A program made the position numbers and the translations under genes. A DNA stretch of 64,000 bases from Camelus dromedarius. Taxonomy: Eukaryota. Positions 12,331 to 24,339 of the stretch are shown one piece after another; within the stretch, counting starts at the first letter, position 1, and each line of letters opens with the position of its first letter. The notes under the pieces were generated by a model, which saw only the letters and a list, made by a program, of their open reading frames with translations, had not been told where the DNA came from and did no database searches. The stretch spans positions 103,356,001-103,420,000 of the forward strand of contig NC_087436.1 in NCBI RefSeq assembly GCF_036321535.1. The letters are read 5' to 3'.

Positions 12331-13689
12331 ACCCTGGAATCATGGAGGACCTTTGATGGGAATGCCAGTTGGGGAGAACATCGTACCCGTAGTTTTATTT
12401 TTGTTGCTGGTTTTCAGCCTGTGGAATGATTTACTTTTGTCTGTCCAGTTAAAGTCAGGTGGAGCCACTTCAAGACATCTGCCAATTTTCCACAGTAGAG
12501 CAGCTTTCTGATAAATCGAATCTACCTCTGTTTCCGGGTGTAGGACAGTCAGACACTGAGGGAAGCTTGCAACCCTGACGGAAAGAGATACTGGCCTCGC
12601 GAAGCTGCACTTATCCTGCTTTTTCTCGCTATTTTTTTGTTGTTTCTTTGTGTTAACTTTGTCCCTGGCATAATTTTCCACTCTAAAAACAAGTCTCCTA
12701 TGTATTATGTGTGTTTTAAGAGGACAAACTATTGCTACTTCATTTGGGAAAAAAGATTCAATCTTTTAGCACACAGTTTTTCAAACGAATGTCACAGCCT
12801 TAGGCATCCTCCGGCCAGCTGGCTCCTGGATGATGGTGCGGTTTGCCCCACTCACCGCAAGGAGCAGACGCTGGAGTGGAGCCGAAGCTGCCTGTTAACA
12901 CAAGGATCTTGGAAGCAAAGGCCCTTCAGGTGAGCACTGGAAGCATCTATATTGTTTCCTGATTTGTAACAGGAAGTACCCCCAACCTTTCAGAACTAGA
13001 TCAAGTTCTAAGTCTGACTTCTCTCCTACAAAAAATAAAAGCGGGAGAATGAGAAGTAGGTGGTCCTGCCTGGCCTCAGCTCACGCTCCTCCAGAAGAAA
13101 ACCACTCACCTTTCCAGAGAGTTCTGGGCTCAGGCCTGAGCAGCCATGCATTTAAATAGAAAGAGGGCTTTGGCCTTCTTGTGAATTTTTAAATGTCATC
13201 ATAACGTTACTTATTTAAATGTAATTATTTTGGTATTCCCTTTTTTTTTTTTAAAGAGAAAAATACCCTGGTTTTCCTGGTGGAATGAAATGGCTCAGAA
13301 TGGTATATTTTGAAAATATTAAAACATTTTTTTCCTAAAGACCAAATATGATAAATCTGTTCTAAGTATTGTGTGCCAATCCACTCTATCTAGCTGTGAC
13401 AATATTATTGCAGATAATGCATATTGAAAATTATGAAATTACTGCAAAAATGAACATCTAAACAGTACAAAAAGATATAAAGTGTATAAAGTAAAAACTA
13501 GTAGTTTTCATTCCCTCTCTGCCCCTATTCTATTTAGTGTTTTGTCTATCTCTTCAGCATTTTCATACAAGGATTTATATCTGTCTTTTTAAAACTTTTA
13601 ATCAGCTTGCACTATACATAGTGTCCTGAAACTTACTTTAATTTGCTTAAAGATAAAAAATAAATTTGTTTACTTGTCACCCCACTAGT

Positions 13690-13802
13690 TATGAGTATGT
13701 GCAGGATAAAGAATGTTTTCTTCATTTTTGTAAACATAACTTACACTCCAGTGTTTGACATGGAGTAGGCTATCAGTAAATATTTGTTGAATGAGTAAAT
13801 GG
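13690..13802 (+). mobile_element. L2 3' end
   Basis: cagtgtttgacatggagtaggctatcagtaaatatttgttgaatgagtaaatg. Confidence 0.7.
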
Positions 13803-14939
13803 GTAATTTAAGTTTCTCAAAGCAGAACTCACCTCCTGATCACTTACATGAATGTCATGAGAGATACTTACTTTGAAGCTGAAAATGGTAGATTAGAACC
13901 TTTCGAAATAGAAAGAGGGCATTCATGGGAACTTGTTAGGCTCTTTTTTTGGGGGGGTGGTTATATTTCAATTTTTAGAATTCAATATCTGTAAACATAA
14001 ATGAGCTCAGTTAGCCACAGAGCAAATGAGAACTCTGAAACAGCTGCCTCTTTTTTTTTTACTTTTGCATTATTTTCTGGGGTCTACATTTTAAGCTATA
14101 TGAAGAGAAGAAAAATGGGGATTTTAAAAATATTATTTAGGTATAACCTTTACTTTTTTTTAAATCTAGGTGGAATTCTATGGAATATGAAAATTTAGCA
14201 TTCTCATAACATTTCTGCAATTTCCCAGTGCACACACATTCATGTGGTTTTTCCCAAGCTTTCTTGATATGAGTGTGTTCCTCCTGTTGCATAGAATATA
14301 CCCAGATGTGAAATTCAATACCTACAAAACATCAATACCCATGCTACATAGGAATGAATGGCAGAATTTAAAGAAGACCTAGGGAGGCTGCTTTACTTGG
14401 TATCTGCAAATATCCTACAATGGGAACTGAAGTCAACATGATTCTTAAAACGTCTCTTGGCTTTTTCATTCACTGCATTGAGTGGGAAAGAGAGAGGTTT
14501 TTTTTCAGCTTCCTTCGGTCTGGCTCCCTCTTCTACACAACAAAAACTTCATTCTTTGGGTAAAACACATTTCTCTCTTCTGCGCAGAGCAGCCACACAC
14601 ATCTGTCTTTCAGCTGGCCCCCAGTCAACATAGCCTCTGAGGTCTTTCCTAACGCTTTCACTAATAACCCATTAAAATACTTTTTTAAAAAAATTAAGAG
14701 AGCCACCTAATTGAGAGGAACTGTGCCAGTTGTTAAAATAAATATATAAAATAATAAAACTGTCACTGCATCATTATACCAAAAACAGTAAAGGCATCAG
14801 GTAATGTTAATTTAGGGAAAAATTCAAGCGGTACGTAGAGGCATTCTAACTATAATCAATGGAAAATTGTTCCAGTTGCATCTTGTTTTATTTGGTAGAA
14901 GCATAATCATAAATATAAATTTTAAAAGTAAATCAGTAA

Positions 14940-15133
14940 AAAAGAAGGATGCTCTAACAAGGATGTTGAGCCAAAAATGGAATGAGTTGTCTTGAGAAGT
15001 ACTAAACTCTCTCTAGTTTTTACCCTTCAAGAAAAGGCTGCTGGCCCTTCAGGAGGTGATTAAGGATTTCTACTTTGGAAAGAGACTAGGTTAGATGAGT
15101 TATGTCTTTTCCAACAATGTGAGGATATGATTC
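14940..15133 (+). mobile_element. L3/CR1 LINE 3' fragment
   Basis: tggaatgagttgtcttgagaagtactaaactc...ttcaagaaaaggctg...ggttagatga...ttccaac...atgattc follows the CR1/L3 tail. Confidence 0.55.
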
Positions 15134-15147
15134 AGACACAGAGTATT

Positions 15148-15173
15148 TTGTTGTTGTTGTTGTTGTTGTTGTT
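15148..15173. repeat. (TTG)n microsatellite
   Basis: About 8 perfect units seen directly. Confidence 0.95.
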
Positions 15174-15740
15174 TAAATCTAGAAATCCTCCTTTTCATTA
15201 ATCTGTAAGATGTTAAACACCAGTGCTGAATCCAAGAATGATGCATAGAACAGGAAATTATATGAAGTAAAATGTGTAAAAGTACTAAAGACAGTTTGAC
15301 ATAATGCTCATTCATCTGAATCTGCCTGCAAACTTTTGAGGTTTAAGGGGCATCTGGGGTGTGTGTGTGTGTTTTTAAACATACTCTGACTCCATTGAAT
15401 ATCCAGGAATATGGTACTAATAGCATCGTACAAGGATGATGAAAGGAGAGTATCATTTCAAATATGAGACTGTCTCAGAAGAAAGCTCTGAGGCTACAGT
15501 GGATAAAATAGTATAGTGGAATAGGGGCACATTTAAGAAGGAAGATTAGGGTAAAGCAGGTAGAATTAAGAGATAGCAACATGAATGGAAGGAGGGGCTG
15601 TAGAATTAAAAGGGGCCAATCCAATACATGTTGAGACTTTCACATAATAAAACCTTCCATAGCATTCTTGACTTGGTCCAAAAAAAAATTGCCTTTGGAG
15701 GGAAAGCAATTAAAATAGTACTTTTCTAGAGCTGTCTTGA

Positions 15741-15853
15741 TTTTTTTTTTTTAAATATTGAGGTGTAATTGACATAGTTTATATTAGTTTCAGGTGTATA
15801 ACACAATGATTCAATATTTTTATATATTGCAAAGTAATCACAGTAGATCTAGT
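15741..15853 (-). mobile_element. Short 5'-truncated L1 3' end, antisense
   Basis: Poly-T followed by attgaggtgtaattgacata...tatattagtttcaggtgtataacacaatgattc. Confidence 0.8.
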
Positions 15854-17094
15854 AGATGAATTTTTTAGTTTAGTAAATGGTATAAATAAATAAATGAAAC
15901 ATCTCTCCAGAGATGCAATCCTGATTGATATCTTCCAAAGTGACATTGAATTGATACTGGCCCTAATGGCCCTTTTCACTCAAGGTCTGACTCTAAAACC
16001 CTGGCTGAAAGATCCTGCCATGTCCTTTCTTTGTAAGTAGAAATTCATCCTCCCCGTCTCAAACTGGCTTTCTGATGACAGCTCTGCCTTGTCTGAGCAT
16101 TGCTTGGTAGGCATAACACCACATTTGATTAAGAAAAAGGAAATGCAAAAGTTAAATTTCAAACTCTACCTAAATATTCAATGTCAAGAAAGTACTTTTT
16201 AACCTTTCTTAGATAGTTAATGGCCATCATAGGTGCCATATTTTGTCCCAAATATTTCATTTTCTGTTTCTTTTATCACATTTTCAATCTATGAAATATT
16301 TTTTATTTCCTATTTTCCTAAAGAATGGCACCAGTAAATAATTTTAAATACCTATATACAAGCATTAATACATATTTATACATATATAAAGCCCAACGTT
16401 CATATTTTAACATTTTCAAAACCTGCCAACTATTCATGAATGTGTGTGCTTTATTCAGTCAACCTCGTTAGTTTCTTGTTTTGTGCCCAAGGCTTAGCAA
16501 CTGGAATTTCAAAGCATCAAGCTTTAATGTTTTTGACTGACATGGAATTTTTGCTTAAAGATTTTTTTTTGCTAACTTTACCTTTTCTAATATTTTCCCT
16601 TGTTCATAATCACAAAGCTATATAAGTCTTTGTGAATTAATAAATATTGCCATTTATTTAAACCCTAATATGGAACAGGGTATTTTTCAAAGCAGAGAGG
16701 GAAAAAAGCTTTGCTTAATGTATGTAGATTTGTTTAACAATCACTTTTTTCTTCTCTTAATAAATTTAAATGTGGAAAGATAATTCAAGACATTAGACAT
16801 GCAAATTAAGAGTTGACTACAAAGAACTACTAGTGTATCTATAATTAAGTTGAAGAAGAACTTCTGTTTTCACCGCTTTATGATTGTTATTCAAGTCAAC
16901 AAAAGCTTCATATAAAAAAAAAGAATATGAATTTCTTTCATTTCAACTCTTTGTTAAGAACCTTAAAGGGAAAGGAGAATAAATTTTATAGTCTAGTCTC
17001 TATTGTCAGATACCCACAGCATGGAGGTCTGTCATGAAATGTGATTATATTAATACGTACCGGCTTTCCTGGGTATCACATCATCCTGATGAAG

Positions 17095-17265
17095 ACCACT
17101 AGACTTTGAATCAGGAGCTCTATGTTTTATCCATGCTGTGCAAGTAATTAGCTGTGTGAACTTTAACAACTCATCTAAACTCTCTTAGACTCAGTGTCTT
17201 TGTTGTCACGCTGACCACATGGCTTTCAGAGCCTCTTCTAATGACAATATTTAATGATGCTGTAT
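17095..17265 (+). mobile_element. MIR/MIR3 SINE
   Basis: actagactttgaatcaggag...agctgtgtgaactttaacaactcatctaaactctcttagactcagt. Confidence 0.7.
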
Positions 17266-17857
17266 AATCAAAAGCAAATTATTACTCTTTCATGCCAAAA
17301 AAGACAAAAAGAGGGGGGGGGTCATTCTGGGGTCATTTCATTTTCTGAAGATGGCCTTAGTAGGACCAACCTCCAGGACCTTAATTCTACAACAATAGAG
17401 ATTTACCTGAGAAAACGGACTGATAGTGAAAAATGCTGCTTTGGGTGATATAAAAAGGAATGATTTGTATAGGAAATGACCTATCCTTGAAGTCCTGGGA
17501 AGAGATTATCTGATTCAGTTCTAGGATGGAGAGAGAAAAAAATAAATCTGGAACTTTAGCCTTCCATTACTTTCAAGAAGATTAACAGATAATTTCTATT
17601 GATGAATGAATGAATATTAGCTGTTCTATAAATTGCATATAAAAGCGCCCAGCTAGGTTCACAAGAAATGGTTATAGTTAATTATGTCTCTCCTGCCATT
17701 TTTCTTCCCATAAAAGTGAAACCTCAAGGATGCCTGAGAATTGTTATAGGGAGACTCTTATGGCATTTACTGGACATTTGATATTATAAATAACACTCAT
17801 ATATAGTGTTTATCATATTGAAGTTTATGGTTTTTTAAATAATTTTCAGAGATTTAA

Positions 17858-18150
17858 GAGAGGCGGCAAGGTATAAAGACTGAGAATTCAGTCTCAGGAA
17901 CTAGACTACCTCAGGTGTAAACTTAAATTTGTCCCTTACTATCTGTGAGATCACAGGATGTGGGACACCATATGCAACTCCTCTGTGCCTCAGTTTCCTG
18001 GTTTATAAAATTGGAATAATACCGGTACCACAGAAATATTGCACTAAGTTATAATGCTAAGGAAAGTAAATGATATGTATATATATGTGATTCATTTTAT
18101 CACATCCTCATTGTCATTATTAAATACCCAGCAAAGTGGGAGTGCTCAAT
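17858..18150 (+). mobile_element. MIR SINE
   Basis: ctctgtgcctcagtttcctggtttataaaattggaataata core. Confidence 0.75.
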
Positions 18151-18374
18151 GACCAGTGCATAGACAGATCATTTCCATATAATATAGAAACTCTGGGAAC
18201 CAGTATGGAAACTAGAATAGGGCTCATTTAACAATAGAATTAGGTTTAGAGTTCTGCCTTCTGCCGTATTGTAAGATTCTTGGGGGAAGCAAGGACTGCT
18301 TCAGATACATTTTTGTGTTCAAGAATCCTAACAGCAAGAGCATTTGTTCATTGTTGTCCTTTCCTTTTTCCTAG

Positions 18375-18429
18375 CAGTATCGGAAAATTATCTTAAATTT
18401 ACTGTAATGAACACTCCAACACAGACAGG
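18375..18429 (+). other. Candidate 55-nt exon of a plus-strand (likely non-coding) transcript
   Basis: Pyrimidine tract ttgtcctttcctttttcc, NAGNAG acceptor TAG/CAG (18372-18377), donor AGG|GTAAGA at 18430. Confidence 0.35.
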
Positions 18430-18677
18430 GTAAGATTGAGCATTTTGGACTTCGGGCCCTTTAGTTTCTTCTGCGGGGAGGTAATCTCCCCAGAAGGGTG
18501 GAAATGAGCTTCCTCCAGGCACAGAGTAATTTTTTGTTTTAAAGATTGGAGAATAACCCAGTTGTCTGAGAAGTGGTAGAGTAAGGCTATTTGCATTCTG
18601 AAGGTTGAAAGGAAACTGTAATCCAGACCTAAAGATACAAATCCACTCTGTGCTCAGGAATGACATGATACTGAGCT

Positions 18678-19239
18678 TGTGAGGTGGGGGGTATCCAACA
18701 TCAGTATACATCCTGTACACTACCCTCTCCTTGAACCTGTGAATGTGATGAGATTCACTACCATGATGAAGTTATGCTACCCGGCACAGCTGACCTTAAG
18801 AAAAGATTATTTTTGGTAAGACTGGCCTAATTATAAATAGGTCAACCCTTAACAGGCACTAGTCTCTTTCTAAAGACTGAGATTTGACAGGAGGGAAATT
18901 CTCCATTACTGGACTGGAAGTCGGAGGGGAAAGGAACATGGTAGGATTTGAGAGTGGCCTCTAGGAATTGACAGTGACCTCTGGACAACAGCCAGTTAGA
19001 AAGTGGGGTCGGTCCTACAACCACTGAATTCTACAAACAAGCACATGAGCTCGGGAAAGGACTTGAGGTTCCAGAAAGGAATGCAGCCTGGCTAACACCT
19101 AAATTTCAGCCTTGTAAGGCTAAGCTCTCAGCTGTACCATACCCAGACCTCAGCTCTATAGACCTGAGAGCTAATAAATGATTATGATTTTAAGCCACTA
19201 AGTTTATGACTTGTTACACGGTGGTACCAAACTGGTAGA
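18678..19239 (+). mobile_element. MLT1E-like MaLR LTR
   Basis: gaacctgtgaatgtgatgag...cagctgaccttaag...gtggcctctagga...aatgcagcctggctaacacc...ttttaagccactaagttt. Confidence 0.85.
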
Positions 19240-19603
19240 TGTACTGAAAAGCTGTCAAGCTCACAGTGGTTGAGTCAAGTTTTCCAAAGTTCTCATTTTC
19301 TCTGGGAAGCTCACATTGTGCCAACAGCTCCTGCCAGTTGAGACACTCACTTCATACATTTGGAGAAAATGTATACCAAAATCTCAAGCTTGAATAACCA
19401 TAATTTTTTAGGCTTTTTTTTCAAGTAACAACATAAAATATAAGAGCTTTTTACCATTGCTTTTGTATCATCAGGGAAAATGTCAACATAATAAAAAGGC
19501 AAATGATGTTTTCATATCATTATAGAAAAAAATTTTAATCTTCAAATCACCTGAAATTATCTCCGGGACCCCCAGGTATTCATGAACTACACTTAAGAAC
19601 TAT
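19240..19603. mobile_element. Charlie1-type hAT DNA transposon end
   Basis: aaaagctgtcaagctcacagtgg...gtcaacataataaaaaggcaaat...gggacccccagg...cacttaagaact. Confidence 0.7.
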
Positions 19604-21344
19604 TAACTTAAAACAAAAAAGTATTCATGAAAAGGAGGGTAACAGAAGTTGATTAGGATTCCAGAGTCTCCTTTCTTGATCCTGGAAGTCAAATGAATTC
19701 CCAGGATTTTGTACTGATACAAATAATTAGGTCAAATCAGGGATAATATAATTTCAGATAGAGACCACTGTCCAGCAAAAGCAGAGCAGGCAAGCATTTT
19801 CCTCAGGGTGCTTCCAGTGCTGGGGGATTGGCTGTGTTGTGGGTCCACTGTGACTCGCAGGTACTGTTACTAGGATGATAAGAACTCCAGACTCATATTT
19901 ACTGCTCAGTTGGTTCTGGAACCTTTAAATAGCAGAGCTTGCCTCTGTAACTTCACTTTTGTCCTGAAATATTTTTACCTGTGAGCTTTCAGCAAGTTTT
20001 ATGCTCCATAGAATCTATTCATAAATAATGATAAATGAAACTTTACCAGACATCACTGTGCCACACACATAGCTGAAAACTGATATTATAAACCAGGGTA
20101 GTGTTATACATAGATAGCAAATGAGACAGAGAAAATAAGATATTTTATAACTTACCAACTCCTCTTTTTCACAGAGGGATCCATTTGGGTCTAAATTCTA
20201 AACACCTGTGTTTACAAGATACATAATGATTCTATTCAAAAATTACATCCATAATGCAAATTATTAGCATTCAAAGTTATTCTCACTAGAAGAGATCTTT
20301 AGCAATGAATAGAAAAAGGCCAAGTGAAAGGCTTTTTCTTTTATTTCTTCTTAATTCACTGCTATAGCTATAGAAACTGACATGAAATACACGGATACAG
20401 AAGCACTAAAGTGTACACAATGGGGATTTTGAAATTCCTGCAGTGGTACTTGAGAATTAGTAGAAAACAAAAAACAAGAGATATGATCACATCATACGAT
20501 TACATTTGTATCTTTGAACCAGCATAGATTCCATCATCTCACTAGTAGGTACTTAATAAGTGTTTACTGAACTTTCGTTAAAGCTTGATGTGTTCTTTTT
20601 TTCTTATTCATTTCACATCTAAGAAAAATATCATGTTCATGTCATATATGACAGGAACTCAGTGCCTCATCCTGATCCTTGGCAGCCCTGGAATTCTACT
20701 GAGCAACCTACTCAAGTCTACTTTACATGTGCAGAGCCCCAGGTTTTCCATCTGTCCTGCCTACTGTCCTTTGCTTGTTTCAAATTCTCTCATCCTCCTT
20801 ATACACTTCAAACTCTTTCCAAACTTACTAGTATCACCTCAGATTATGGCCAAAATGATGTTTACTAAATTGTTGTGGCCGGTGCTTAACTGTATTCATT
20901 TTTTAATATTTAAGCCTCTGTTTAGAGTTGATAATTTCATCTAGTGAATCCAAAGACAAAAACATTGAAGGGACCATGAGTTACCTGAATAGTGCAAAGT
21001 TAACTTGAAATCCCAACACCAGAATTCAAATACAATATTGACTACTTAAAATATGTGTCCTTGAGTAAGATGATCCGTCCAAATTATTTTCCTCATTTAT
21101 AGCAGGCAGATCATTTCCTTTCCTATATACAATTTTCAATCATTAAATTAAATCACATATTAAAATGCCTGGCAATTTAAAAGTAGCCAATGACTATGAG
21201 TGGAATAGGATTCTTTCTTTTTTCTCATTATTCTTCAATGGTTATTTTTTGTCTCTGAGTCTCAAATGAGCCGTTATACCTCTTTAAATTATTTCTGCTC
21301 ACTTGGAAGTGTATACTCACTAACTAGAAAACTTTATCCAATAT

Positions 21345-22355
21345 AATGACTTTGATACTAAATACATGATGGTGATGGTAACGACCTCAAACTTTATACC
21401 TTCAGTCTGGATTTCCCTTGAAATTTCAGACTTGTATATTCAACTGCCTATATAACTTTACTTATTCTGTCTGTTTATCTCATCTTGAACACTCAAAATT
21501 GATGTGTCCAAAACTGAAATATTGATCTTTCCCTCCAAACCTATTATATAGCCTTCCCCCTCTTGTTTAATGGGAACTCTGTCCTTCCAGTTGCTCAGGG
21601 GAAAAAGAAAAGAACTTTAAATCATCCTTGCTTTTTCTCTTATCCTACCAATCAAGATAATCTGCCACCTCTATCTTCATAATATATTAAGAATTTGACC
21701 ATTTCTCACTGCCCCCACACAAAGTCACTGAAACAGGCCATTACCATGACCCATTAGCTAGCTAAATGGTGTCTGCCTTTGCTCTTAGTTGCCAAAGGAC
21801 TATGCTCCATAAAGCTACCAGTGCAATCCCACTGAAATAGTCACATCACCTCATCCCTTTGTGCAGACTCTTAACACCTTCCTGTCCCAACAAGAGTAAA
21901 TGCCAAGATTCTTACAATGGCTTACTTGGGTTTGGGGTGGGGGGCTGTTTGTTTTTGTTAACTCAGACAGATCAAGCATGCATCTACCAAAGTTAGGTTT
22001 TGTTTTCTCTACTGTCTTTATACTCTTTCTTGAAATATGAGTGGTTTGCTCCCAGATCCCCATCAGGATGTTGCTACAATTCAGTTAATCCCTCAGTGAC
22101 AAGTAAAATGGCCTCTCCTAATACTTGTTCCTGATCCTCCTTTCTGTGTGTGTGTTTTTTTTAACTAGTGCACTTGTCATCAACAAATAAATTTATCTTG
22201 TTTGTGTATATTCTGTCTCATCCAAGTAGAATTTGACATTCATGAAGCCAGGGATTGAGTCAGTTTTACTCACCGCCATCTCCTTAGTACCTAGAATAGT
22301 TTCTGGTGTGTAAGAAATATCTTCAGATGAAGGAATGAATAGTTGAATTGAATTT
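21345..22355 (+). mobile_element. L2 LINE 3' kilobase
   Basis: cagacttgtatattcaactgccta, tgtgtccaaaactgaa, ttccagttgctcagg, agtacctagaatagtttctgg...gaatgaat. Confidence 0.85.
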
Positions 22356-23978
22356 ATGAAGAAGATAAAACTCCCACGTACCACATGGACATCAGATTCT
22401 TTTCCTTCTACTTGTTTTTGTAATAGGTTATACTGTTCTTTATTGAAAATTGTTAACAATAGTAGCATGATGCAAAAGGAGTCAAAATTTGGGGGTGATT
22501 ATGGGAAAAAATCAGTAATGAGTGAAGTCTATGTGCAAATCTGTGAGAAGTATTTTCCTCTGAGTCTGGCTGAAGACAGGACTAAGCCTATTCTTTTGAT
22601 GCTAGAGAGCATTAGGGGTGATGTGGGTATTTACAAAATAATCAAAATACACATAACTGTAAGGTGTGTTGAACATGTAAAACTGCATTGAAGAAATAAA
22701 AAATATAAGCAAAAGCAGTGCATTTTATTATCTGACTAAATTACTGCTCAGCAATTCTCTTAACCAAAGTGCATGTGCATGCACACGCACACACACCCAC
22801 AATTAATTATATTGGAAAATGCGAAATTTTATAAATCTTTGCCTTCACCTTTGTTCAATTTTGTGTGTGAATAATCGATTTACTTTTTTTTTCTATATAC
22901 AAATTCTACAAAGCCTTCCAAAGCATACTTAAAGATTTCATATTATTTATTTAGTGTATGTGGCCACAGCACTACTAATCAAGAATCAGGCAGAAGTATG
23001 TAGTCCCCACACAAGATGCACGGCACACACTTTATTTTACTGATTCGTATTTATAGAAGGAATATATTTCCAAGGAAATTTTGTATTCCAGTATTACTGC
23101 TTACAAACCTCTCCTCAGATGTCTGTGAAGGAGGGGAGGGTTTGCAGATTCCAGCACAAGCTATTCCTCACCTTGGCCCTTTTTGCTATTACTATTCACA
23201 AGCTCTGTAAGCCACTCTGAAATGTTTAATAACCTGTCTCTAATAGAGCTTGTCTCCTATTTTTCCAGTATAGCCTCATTATTTCTTTTGTGTTGGTCTC
23301 TATACCTGTCCACCCTTTCTCTTGTCATTGGTTTGATGATTCTTGCCCTTTATTAGACTTTTTCATCCCCTTCTATAGCCTGAAATGATGTCTCCATATC
23401 TCTCCTATAGCAATATTTGTCCACATTGAATGCCCTTTTCCTGTTTATGTTTGTCGCTATTTGCTCCAGACACTAAACTATAAGCTTCTATCCAATGCCT
23501 AGTAAATATCACTGTAAAAATAAACAACAGGAAAATTACAACAACTAAAATGTATAAACTAAAATATACTATAAATGTAAACATAAATAGATTCATATCC
23601 ATTCATTACAATTAAAATTTACAAAAATTATCCCAGAAAAAAAATAGACTAAGTAGAAATAGTCAACGTAGAATGATACTGATTATATCTAATAAAGAAT
23701 ACAAAATAAAATCATTACTGCCTACATTTTTAAAGAACAATTTAGCATTATTTACAAGATCTAGATTTAAAAGTTTTGACCTGGAAAATTTGAATTTTGT
23801 AATAGTAATATCCACAATAAAATCTAACAATGGTAAAAGTTTGAAAACTCTAAATGAATTAAATATTTTGTAAGATTTATATGGGAAAATGATTATACAG
23901 ATTATAGCAGTAAAAATTTTTTTAAAAAAACCTTTAAAATATGGAAACAATTTAATTGTTATGCACTGAAAATTGGTG

Positions 23979-24155
23979 AGGGGGAGGAGGGTATAACTCA
24001 GTGGTAGAGTGTGTGCTTAGCATGAACAAAGTCCTAGGTTCAATCCCCTCCATTGAAAAATAAGAATAAATAAATAAATAAATAAATACCTAATCACACC
24101 CTCCCCCCCAAAAAGGATGAAATACTGGACTTTAAAAAGAAAAAAAAATTTTTAA
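23979..24155 (+). mobile_element. tRNA-Ala-derived camelid-type SINE (vic-1-like), copy 1
   Basis: A box taactcagtgg, AGC loop cttagcat, B box ggttcaatccc, (taaa)n-cctaat-C-rich tail; TSD tgaaaattg (23967-23975 / 24156-24164). Confidence 0.85.
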
Positions 24156-24339
24156 TGAAAATTGAGGAAGGAATTAGAATTAATCTAGTTTACTTAAATA
24201 CGCTCTAGACTACATAACTGAATTAGATAAAATCACTAAAATGTTTGCTTTAATTATAACTCAAAATGAAGGTATAAAAGTTATAAATATGAAAATGAAA
24301 AATAATATAACAGAATGATATATGAAACAGTAAAAGCAC

